In this document: positions 56,540 through 64,000 of the stretch, in pieces
How the letters are laid out: every line of letters begins with the position of its first letter
Numbering within the stretch: position 1 is the first letter of the stretch
Origin: Ignavibacteria bacterium
GTDB lineage: Bacteria; Bacteroidota; Ignavibacteria; Kapaibacteriales; UBA2268
Direction of reading: 5' to 3'
Length of the DNA: 64,000 nucleotides
NCBI GenBank assembly: GCA_026416955.1
Contig: JAOAEE010000008.1
Coordinates: 18,195-82,194, forward strand
Notes under the pieces: model-generated
What the model saw: only the letters and a program-made list of their open reading frames with translations
Told to the model about the DNA's origin: nothing
Database searches by the model: none
Made by a program: the position numbers and the translations under genes

Positions 56540-57460
56540 ATGAAAGAATTGGATATAAAAGAATTGCTAAGGCGGGCAGAAGAATTACGCGCCCTTTTCG
56601 TTTTAGGACAAAGAGTAATTCCATTTCTCGAAGATTTATTTACCTTTGTTGGAGAGGTTCAACCACTTCTTGAGGAAATAAATAATTCAATAAAGGAAAA
56701 TTTGTCTAAAATGCCTAATTTGACAAAGCAACTTTCTAAAGTAACCGAAGCGACTGAACTTGCAACAAACGAAATTCTTGATATTATAGATGGTATTTTT
56801 TATAAACTGGATATTTTACAATCCAACTTAAAAGAAATAGAAAATAATTGCAATGTTGTCGATAATTTCGTCGATAATTTTTCAACATTAATGATGCGGA
56901 AAGAGAGTTCACAAATTAATCCAGAATATTTTATTGAAGAAATAAACAAAATTTTTGAAAACTTTAAGTCAGAATATAATAAAATGACCTCGTTTTCAAC
57001 TTTTAAAGAAATGATAGAAAGTATTCGTACCGATTCAACATCTATTATGTTAGCACTTCAAGTTCAAGACATTACTTCCCAACAAATTGCAGCAGTTAAT
57101 CATTTATTAGATACTGTCCAAAATCGTTTAACAAAACTTTTAAGTAAATTCAATTCAAATGATGTGCAAACGATGGTTTCCCAAGCTACGGAAACAATTA
57201 ATGTGTCTAAACTACATAGAGAAGTTGCTTTCGACCCAGACGCTGTTGAAACATTAGTTGGCAATTCTACAAAGCAGGATGAAATTGATAGACTTTTTCA
57301 ACAAGGAATTTCCACAAGTATTGAAAAAAATAAAGTTGAAACAAAAGAAAAAAACTTTGGTTCGGAGTTTGAAACCAAGGAAAGTCCAATTGAGGAGGAT
57401 AAGCCAATTTCTCAAAGTGACATTGATGCTTTATTTGAGCAAAATAAACAAAATAAGTAA
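56540..57460 (+). CDS. cheZ: CheZ-like phosphatase
   Basis: ATELATNEILD, catalytic LQVQDITSQQI (D-x3-Q), C-terminal SQSDIDALF CheY-P binding-type peptide. Confidence 0.8.
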   Translation: MKELDIKELLRRAEELRALFVLGQRVIPFLEDLFTFVGEVQPLLEEINNSIKENLSKMPNLTKQLSKVTEATELATNEILDIIDGIFYKLDILQSNLKEIENNCNVVDNFVDNFSTLMMRKESSQINPEYFIEEINKIFENFKSEYNKMTSFSTFKEMIESIRTDSTSIMLALQVQDITSQQIAAVNHLLDTVQNRLTKLLSKFNSNDVQTMVSQATETINVSKLHREVAFDPDAVETLVGNSTKQDEIDRLFQQGISTSIEKNKVETKEKNFGSEFETKESPIEEDKPISQSDIDALFEQNKQNK

Positions 57461-57477
57461 AACTACCGGAGGTAAAT

Positions 57478-59430
57478 ATGTATAACGACCCAGAAATGCA
57501 AGAAATTTTCGAAGCTTTTATTGTCGAATCTACCGAATTACTGGAAAGTTTGTCCCAAGATTTAATGCAGATTGAGGAAAGCCCAGAAGACGAAGAGTTG
57601 TTAAATAGAATTTTTCGAGCATTTCATACCATTAAAGGAACTTCATCCTTTATGGGCTTTGATAAAATTTCGACATTAACTCACTCTGCCGAAGATATTT
57701 TGAATAAATTACGAAAGTTTGAACTGAAAGTTAACCAAGATATTATTGATGTCCTTCTGGAAGTTTACGACTTTTTAACTCTTATGATTCAGAAAGTGAA
57801 AAATGGAGAAAGTATTGAGGATATTGATTATTCATCTACATTGGAGAAAATAGAAGTTCTTAAAACAGGTGGTTCGATCGAAATTATTGATGCTACGGAG
57901 GAAGAATCAGAATTGAAAGGGGAAACGGGAGAACAACCTCAATCAAGATTAGAGCAAGTTTTAAAAATGGCTTCTGAATTAGTTTCCAAAAAGGGTGACT
58001 TTTCTCCAGAGGAATATGAATTAATCAACGCGGCCTTCGAGGAAGTTAACAAAGGTCTTATGGCTCAAACAGAAAAACCGTTTAATGTTGATGAGATATT
58101 TAAAGAAAAGGAAAGTCCAAAGGAATTCAAAGTTCAGGATGTAACTGATGAAGTAGAAAAAGTAGAAATGAAACCTAAACTGGAAACAACTGAACAAGAG
58201 GTTTTACATAAATCAAAAGAGGTATCAAAATCCCAGGCTTCTGCATTGACTGCTGAAACAATCAGAATAGATGTTTCAAGGGTAGAAAACTTAATGAATT
58301 TATCTGGAGAATTGGTTCTTGGTAGAAATCGTTTAGAGCAAATAACAAAGAACCTCTTGAGTGGAGAATTGACTAAAGAGAATTTGAAGGAATTGGAAGA
58401 AACAACCTCACAAATTGACTTTATTACCTCGGAAATTCAAGCCTCGGTAATGCGAATGAGAATGATTCCAATAGGAAAACTATTTCAAAAGGCTCCACGC
58501 ATTATTCGAGACTTAGCAAAACAGTTTAACAAAAAAATTCAATTGATAATTGAAGGTGAAGAAACAGAAATAGATAAGGGAATTATTGATGAATTAAGTG
58601 ACCCATTGGTACATATGCTTAGAAATGCTTGTGACCACGGTATTGAAAGCCCCCAGGAAAGAATCAAATTGGGAAAGCCCGAAGTTGGAACTGTGTATTT
58701 GGGTGCAGAACAAGAAGGTAACAATATTGTAATTAGGGTTTCAGACGATGGGAAAGGAATGGACCCAGAAAAGTTGAAGGCTAAAGCAATTGAACGAGGA
58801 ATAATCACCAAAGAAGAAGCAGAACAAATGCCAGACAGAGAAGCATTTCAGTTAATTTTTCATCCCGGGTTCAGTACTGCCCAAATTATTTCCAATGTTT
58901 CTGGTCGTGGAGTTGGTATGGATGTGGTTCGTACCAATATCTTAAAGTTGAAGGGAATGATAGACATCGAGTCCGAAAAAGGCTTAGGTACAACTTTTAT
59001 CATTAAATTACCTTTGACTCTTGCGATTATACAAGGTCTATTGGTTCGTGTTCATACAGAAACTTATGCAATTCCTCTTGCAAGTGTTCTCGAAGTTGTT
59101 GATTGCGATATTTCTAAAGTAAGTACTATTAACAAAAGGGAAGTAATTAAAATTCGTTCCGATATTCTTCCTTTAATTAGGCTAAATAGGGTTTTGAGTA
59201 TTAATGGAGCGAACGAAACACTGAATGATAAATATGTGGTTGTTGTTGGAATTGGAGAATTTCGTGTGGGACTTGTCGTAGACGAGTTATTAGGACAGCA
59301 AGAAATTGTAATTAAATCGCTTGGAGATTTCTTAGGTCATATTAAAGGCATTGCTGGAGTAACAATTCTTGGTGATGGTTCGGTTGTTATTATTATTGAT
59401 GTTGGAGAATTAGTTTATTCCCGAAATTAG
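57478..59430 (+). CDS. cheA: Chemotaxis histidine kinase CheA
   Basis: P1 FRAFHTIKG, P3 TIRIDVSRVENLMNL, HMLRNACDHG, SGRGVGMDVV, P5 CheW-like C-terminus. Confidence 0.97.
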   Translation: MYNDPEMQEIFEAFIVESTELLESLSQDLMQIEESPEDEELLNRIFRAFHTIKGTSSFMGFDKISTLTHSAEDILNKLRKFELKVNQDIIDVLLEVYDFLTLMIQKVKNGESIEDIDYSSTLEKIEVLKTGGSIEIIDATEEESELKGETGEQPQSRLEQVLKMASELVSKKGDFSPEEYELINAAFEEVNKGLMAQTEKPFNVDEIFKEKESPKEFKVQDVTDEVEKVEMKPKLETTEQEVLHKSKEVSKSQASALTAETIRIDVSRVENLMNLSGELVLGRNRLEQITKNLLSGELTKENLKELEETTSQIDFITSEIQASVMRMRMIPIGKLFQKAPRIIRDLAKQFNKKIQLIIEGEETEIDKGIIDELSDPLVHMLRNACDHGIESPQERIKLGKPEVGTVYLGAEQEGNNIVIRVSDDGKGMDPEKLKAKAIERGIITKEEAEQMPDREAFQLIFHPGFSTAQIISNVSGRGVGMDVVRTNILKLKGMIDIESEKGLGTTFIIKLPLTLAIIQGLLVRVHTETYAIPLASVLEVVDCDISKVSTINKREVIKIRSDILPLIRLNRVLSINGANETLNDKYVVVVGIGEFRVGLVVDELLGQQEIVIKSLGDFLGHIKGIAGVTILGDGSVVIIIDVGELVYSRN

Positions 59431-59442
59431 TTTAGTGAAAAT

Positions 59443-60552
59443 ATGAATGGAAAAAAAATAAAGTTGCTCATTGTCGATGATTCAATTTTTATGAGACAAG
59501 CTCTCTCGAAAATATTTACTCAACCAGACATTGAAATAGTCGGAACCGCGCGTAATGGAAAAGAGGCGGTACAAATGGCTGCCGAACTTTCTCCAGATGT
59601 TATTACTATGGATATCGAGATGCCAGTAATGAATGGTTTAGATGCATTACGCGAAATAATGAAGACCAACCCTACACCAGTATTGATGGTAAGTACTTTG
59701 ACTTCAGAAGGAGCAGATGCTACTTTGGAAGCTTTGTCTATCGGTGCTGTTGACTTTATCACTAAGAAAAGTAATTTTACAGAAATGGGAGCAATTAAGG
59801 ATGAATTACTTTCCAAAGTAAGAAATATTGCCCAGAATTCTGAAGTTAAAAATAGATTGATTAGAAGGCGGCTTCTCCAAAAGTTTCAAGAATCTCAGAA
59901 ATCTACTAGTACTAAAGATGCTGTAACTTACAACGAAGTTTCTCAAAACTATGAATGTATATCCAAACCTAGACCTAAAGCAGAAGAAGTTGATGTTGTT
60001 GGAATTGGGATATCTACTGGTGGACCTGCTGCTCTTCAAGAAGTTTTTAGTAAACTTTCTTCTGGTTTGCCATTTCCTATTCTTATTGTCCAACATATGC
60101 CTCCACTATTTACAAAATCACTAGCCAGTCGGTTAAATTCTTTATCAGCAGTGGAAGTGAAAGAAGCCGAACATATGGAATTGTTGCAAAATGGTTGTGC
60201 TTATGTTGCTCCCGGTGGTTATCAAATGATTGTTAACAAGCAGGGAAGAATAGCAATTTCTTCTGAACCAAACACATTGTTTAAACCATCGGCAGATGTA
60301 ATGTTTAAATCGATTGCTGAGGTTTTTGGTTCCCATACAGTCGGAATTATTATGACTGGTATGGGAAACGATGGAACCGATGGTTTAAGGTTGTTAAGTC
60401 AAAAAGGTGGTTATGTAATTGCTCAATCTCCCGAAAGTTGCGTTGTTGCTGGTATGCCAGGCTCTGTAATTAATGCTAAGATTGCAAATGAAATATTGCC
60501 TTTGAAGGAAATTGCTAATGCTATTAATGATTTTGGTAAAAAGTCCCTATGA
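59443..60552 (+). CDS. cheB: Chemotaxis response regulator/methylesterase CheB
   Basis: Receiver domain plus GISTGGP, VQHMP, TGMGNDG catalytic triad. Confidence 0.97.
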   Translation: MNGKKIKLLIVDDSIFMRQALSKIFTQPDIEIVGTARNGKEAVQMAAELSPDVITMDIEMPVMNGLDALREIMKTNPTPVLMVSTLTSEGADATLEALSIGAVDFITKKSNFTEMGAIKDELLSKVRNIAQNSEVKNRLIRRRLLQKFQESQKSTSTKDAVTYNEVSQNYECISKPRPKAEEVDVVGIGISTGGPAALQEVFSKLSSGLPFPILIVQHMPPLFTKSLASRLNSLSAVEVKEAEHMELLQNGCAYVAPGGYQMIVNKQGRIAISSEPNTLFKPSADVMFKSIAEVFGSHTVGIIMTGMGNDGTDGLRLLSQKGGYVIAQSPESCVVAGMPGSVINAKIANEILPLKEIANAINDFGKKSL

Positions 60553-61049
60553 AATCGAGTATCATTCCAAGAGAAGAAGCAAATAATTACAATATTGAAT
60601 TGCTTTACCAAAATCTTTCGGATTTTTCATTTTCAAGTCCTTTCGATAATTTTTTTGATGTTCCATCCAATATTAGCGATGAAGAGAAAAAGAAATTGGA
60701 GCAAATTCTCGAAAACTTTTTTTTACATAGAAAGGAAAGTGTTGAACTAAAAAGAAAGTTTAAAGATTTTTTTGACCAAGAGTTAAAGAAAGACCGAAAG
60801 ATCCCTCCTTCCCAAAAGTTTATAGATTTTTTGATTGCAAAGAAAATATCAGGTTCACACCCACGTAAGAAAGGAACTATTATTTCTGAGATTGAAAAGC
60901 AAAATGTTCATCAAATCAATTTGGAAGGTATAAATCACGAAATACAAGAATATCCAAAGGTAATTAGAAAAGAAACTGGCGAAATTTCTGCCATCGAGGT
61001 TCGTTGTAATTGCGGGGAGATTATTAGAATAGATTTAGAATTTGAATAG
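60549..61049 (+). CDS. Hypothetical protein ending in a CNCG motif, last gene of the che operon
   Basis: ATG overlaps the cheB stop; 166-aa ORF with host-like codon usage; C-terminus IEVRCNCGEIIRIDLEF. Confidence 0.65.
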   Translation: MKSSIIPREEANNYNIELLYQNLSDFSFSSPFDNFFDVPSNISDEEKKKLEQILENFFLHRKESVELKRKFKDFFDQELKKDRKIPPSQKFIDFLIAKKISGSHPRKKGTIISEIEKQNVHQINLEGINHEIQEYPKVIRKETGEISAIEVRCNCGEIIRIDLEFE

Positions 61050-61051
61050 GT

Positions 61052-61351
61052 TTAGGTTTCGATTTGTGTGTGAAGAGCGATTTCTTCTAAGATAGAACTA
61101 ACTCTTAAACATTCTGAGATGTCACCTTCATAGACGCAAGCTTTTCCTTTTGTATGAACTTCCCAAGCAATTTCCATCCCCCTTTCGTAAGTACAATGAA
61201 TTGCTTTGACTAATTGTAACGCCACCTCTTCGAAGGTGTGTACATCGTCGTTAAACAAAATTACTCTTGCTGGAAACGTTACACCTGTTGAGTCAACTGT
61301 CAAAGTTTCTTCTTTTTCTTGGGTAGAAGAGAAAAATTTATATTTAGCCAT
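61052..61351 (-). CDS. clpS: ATP-dependent Clp protease adaptor ClpS
   Basis: VILFNDDVHTFEEV, EVHTKGKA. Confidence 0.9.
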   Translation of the reverse strand: MAKYKFFSSTQEKEETLTVDSTGVTFPARVILFNDDVHTFEEVALQLVKAIHCTYERGMEIAWEVHTKGKACVYEGDISECLRVSSILEEIALHTQIET

Positions 61352-61372
61352 TTTTTTATTCTTTTAATTATA

Positions 61373-61380
61373 CAAAATTA
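61373..61380 (-). promoter_or_regulatory. Putative -7 promoter element (TAATTTTG) for clpS
   Basis: Exact motif 21 nt upstream of ATG 61351. Confidence 0.5.
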
Positions 61381-61990
61381 CTAAATATTAATTTAAGAGA
61401 CAAGGTTTTCGCTAATCTTTAGGAATATATAGAACTTGGTCGATGTTATCTTTTGCGAAAAACGAAAAATTAATGAGGTAAAATTTGAGAGGTTATAATC
61501 CAATGGACAAAGTTTCTATTTGTTTCAAAATAAATTATCTTTTGTTCAGTGACATTGTTGACCTTAGTTTGATTTAACAAAATATTGAAAACAAGGAAAT
61601 TATTGTTCAAGATAATTGGATTATTTTCGATTTTTTTCTTTGAAAGTTCCTAAAAAGGTTTTTTTCGAATTTAAAACAACTGGGTAATAATTTTTTATCC
61701 CTTGTTACTTAATGTTAAGCCGAACATATTCTATTCAATCTGTTTATTCCAAACTTGATAGATTTATTGCAATAAGCAAAGGATTATAATAAGTTATTGA
61801 AATAACTATTTAATAATAAATAAATTAGACTAAAATTTTCGATTTAAAAGATTAATGTAAAAAATATTTAAGAAAAATAATTATTTTCCTGAAAGAAATT
61901 TTTTGAAATAGAATAAATATTAATTACCTCTATGAAATAATTTTTCTACTTAAAATTTTTAAATAAGTAGTTAAATATAAAAACGACTGA

Positions 61991-63076
61991 TTATTTATTC
62001 TCTTTGGTAAACTCCTCCATAAATTTTACTAACTTTTCGACCCATTCAATTGGGCAAGCATTGTAAATGGAAACTCTTATTCCACCAACACTTCTATGGC
62101 CCTTTAAGTTAGTCATATTATGTTTCTTCTTTGCCTCTTCTACAAATTTCGCCTCGAGTTCTGGGGTTGGAAGGTTGACAACAACATTCATTATCGAGCG
62201 GTCTTCTTTATTTTTGACTGGTGTTATCCAAAAATCTGAATTGGCATCGAAGAAATCGTATAGCATATTTGCCTTCTTAAGGTTGGTTTCGTAGACCCCT
62301 TCCACTCCGCCTTGCTTTTCAATCCATTTAAGTGTTTGGTTTACAACATAGATGTTAACGCAAGGTGGGGTGTTGAAAAGTGAGTCATTTTTGATATGTG
62401 TCATATAATTCAACATTGTGGGGGCATTAGGATTTCCTTTTTCTTCTGCCCATTTCTTGTTAATAACAACTATTGTAACTCCTGCTGGTCCTACATTTTT
62501 TTGTGCCCCAGCATAAATTAGATGAAATTTAGAGAAATCGCGAGGTATTCCTAAAAAGTCGCTTGACATATCTGCAACAAGTGGGATACCACCAGTATCT
62601 GGTATGGTTTTCCATTCGGTTCCGTAAATGGTATTATTTGTAGTTATGTGAACGTAATCGGCATCGGGAGTAAATTTAATATCTTTTGGAATATAAGTAA
62701 ATTTTGCTTCTTCACTTGACGCAACAACATTGGCTTTACCAACCCACTGTGCCTCCTTCAATGCTTTCTTAGCCCAAGCACCAGTAACAACATAGTCTGC
62801 TTGCGTTCTTAAGAAGTTCATAGGTACCATAAGAAATTGAAGGCTTGCGCCACCACCAAGAAACAAAACAGAATACTCGTCGGGAGATAAACCCATAATC
62901 TTTAATGTCAGTAATTGTGTTTCTTTAATTAAAGCGTCGAACTCTTTCGAACGATGACTAATTTCCATAATTGAAATTCCAGTGTTGTTGAATTCTAAAA
63001 CAGCTTTGCTTGTGGCTTCAAGAACTTCGATAGGCAATACAGCCGGACCAGGTGAAAAGTTAATTGCTCTATTCAT
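61991..63076 (-). CDS. serC: Phosphoserine aminotransferase
   Basis: NFSPGPAVLP, SHRS, GGASLQF, NNTIYG, DMSSD, AGAQKNVGPAG, NTPP, GHRSVGG. Confidence 0.97.
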   Translation of the reverse strand: MNRAINFSPGPAVLPIEVLEATSKAVLEFNNTGISIMEISHRSKEFDALIKETQLLTLKIMGLSPDEYSVLFLGGGASLQFLMVPMNFLRTQADYVVTGAWAKKALKEAQWVGKANVVASSEEAKFTYIPKDIKFTPDADYVHITTNNTIYGTEWKTIPDTGGIPLVADMSSDFLGIPRDFSKFHLIYAGAQKNVGPAGVTIVVINKKWAEEKGNPNAPTMLNYMTHIKNDSLFNTPPCVNIYVVNQTLKWIEKQGGVEGVYETNLKKANMLYDFFDANSDFWITPVKNKEDRSIMNVVVNLPTPELEAKFVEEAKKKHNMTNLKGHRSVGGIRVSIYNACPIEWVEKLVKFMEEFTKENK

Positions 63077-63223
63077 TTTTTCCTCAAAATATTATTAAAA
63101 AAATGCAATTTAGCATTTTTAATCTTAATGTGTTAAATCGGTTTTGATTTCTTGTTTTGAAATGTTGTAAAAAAAAAGCATTGTAGAAAAATCTACAATG
63201 CTTAAGTTCTTTAGGAAAGAAGA

Positions 63224-63403
63224 TTACTTAACTTCTCGATGTAAAGTATGTCTCCTTAGAAAAGGATTGTATTTTTTGAGTTCGAGTCGTTCGGATGTAT
63301 TATTTTTGTTTTTAGTAGTTGTGTACCGAGAAGCTGGTTTCCCTTCTTTTTTTGCTTCTGTACATTCAAGAGTTACAATAATTCTTGCTTCTTTTTTTGC
63401 CAT
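63224..63403 (-). CDS. rpmG: 50S ribosomal protein L33
   Basis: Not in ORF track (59 aa). Manual translation: [59 protein letters not shown]. Confidence 0.96.
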   Translation of the reverse strand: MAKKEARIIVTLECTEAKKEGKPASRYTTTKNKNNTSERLELKKYNPFLRRHTLHREVK

Positions 63404-63425
63404 AATTTGCCCATTTTTAAAAAAT

Positions 63426-63433
63426 CAAAATTA
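63426..63433 (-). promoter_or_regulatory. Putative -7 promoter element (TAATTTTG) for rpmG
   Basis: Exact motif 22 nt upstream of ATG 63403. Confidence 0.55.
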
Positions 63434-63455
63434 AAATAAAAAGTTTAAATAATTA

Positions 63456-63998
63456 TTACAGCTTTCTACGATATATGTCATTGTCAAAAATGTATTTTCT
63501 AACTTCATTGGGAACAAGATAATCGATGGATTTATTCTTAGAAATCAACTGTCTAATTAGTGAAGAACTTATTTCAATAATAGGGTTATCAAGGAAATTG
63601 ATTTTTTTTAGATAAGGTTCTAGGTTTGTTGGTATATTAATTTTCCGATAATTTCTTTTTGCTACAACGAGTTCGGCATTTTCAAGTATTGTCTCCCAGT
63701 TTTTCCAAAAAGTGAAATTTTCAATTTGGTCTGAACCAATCAAGAAGTATAGCTTAGATTGAGAAAATGTCGACTTAAAATAAAGAACAGTTTCGAAAGA
63801 ATAAGAAATCCCTTTTTTTTCAATTTCAAAAGTGCTAACTAAAAATTTGGGATTTTCCTTAATTGCTAAACTTATCATTTCCAATCGTTGCTCATCTGGT
63901 GCAATTTCATCGTTTTCAATTTTGAAAGGGGAAATATGATTTGGAACAAAATAGCAGAAATCTAAATGAAAATCAGAGACAAAAAAATTAGCAATAAT
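63456..63998 (-). CDS. nadD: Nicotinate-nucleotide adenylyltransferase, 5' part beyond the window end
   Basis: Frame is open to the window edge (IIANFF...YFVPNHISPFK...QRLEM), then SYSFETV, LIGSDQ, WKNWE, ISSSLIR, YLVP. Confidence 0.92.
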   Translation of the reverse strand: MIANFFVSDFHLDFCYFVPNHISPFKIENDEIAPDEQRLEMISLAIKENPKFLVSTFEIEKKGISYSFETVLYFKSTFSQSKLYFLIGSDQIENFTFWKNWETILENAELVVAKRNYRKINIPTNLEPYLKKINFLDNPIIEISSSLIRQLISKNKSIDYLVPNEVRKYIFDNDIYRRKL

Positions 63999-64000
63999 TA

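Noticed and set aside
61946-61970. CTACTTA...TAAGTAG inverted repeat as the serC terminator
   Set aside because: AT-rich 7-bp stem with no U-tract on the minus strand; too weak to call.
61381-61990. Replication origin in the long AT-rich gap
   Set aside because: No TTATCCACA-like DnaA box cluster and no dnaA/gidA-type neighbours.
159-63434. Numerous short antisense or alternate-frame ORFs in the track (for example 1827-2177, 29279-29644, 46752-47252, 51569-51991, 63198-63434)
   Set aside because: They lie opposite or within confidently identified genes, lack motifs and RBSs, and are expected shadows of coding sequence.
1-64000. CRISPR array, rRNA, IS/transposase, retron/DGR reverse transcriptase or intact prophage
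   Set aside because: No regularly spaced short DNA repeats, no rRNA-like segment, and no transposase, RT or phage structural gene other than the MuF fragment were seen.

Overview
A roughly 30% GC (estimated by eye), gene-dense bacterial chromosomal segment. Gene content and a recurring TAnnTTTG promoter element suggest the FCB superphylum, probably an Ignavibacteria/Kapabacteria-like lineage (inference, no database search run). Most of the window is core genome: secF (partial)/secD, bamD, panD, gpmA, rimM-trmD, hpnCD, nuoE, tRNA-Arg(CCT), a YbhGFSR-like ABC exporter, tmRNA, mrdA, a PgpH-like HD protein, xerD, an AddB-like nuclease, serA/serC, plsY-gpsA, clpS, rpmG and nadD (partial). There is also a chemosensory cluster (HEAT-cheR-cheY-cheY-cheZ-cheA-cheB) preceded by a sigma-54 two-component pair. 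No CRISPR array, rRNA, IS element or intact prophage was seen. The most unusual items are: (1) an orphan, GC-discordant remnant of a phage MuF-type minor head protein fused to a CdiA-CT-like nuclease domain with no immunity gene (2572-3225); (2) a lipoprotein built from seven ~90-aa four-cysteine repeats next to a thioredoxin-like lipoprotein (32000-34864); (3) an exported TldD/PmbA pair; (4) a GlmU-N-domain/methylmalonyl-CoA epimerase in-frame fusion that one indel would undo; (5) a CheZ-containing che cluster without cheW or receptors; and (6) a serC/serA-DUF1015 cluster split by about 16.5 kb. All family calls come from motif recognition by eye.
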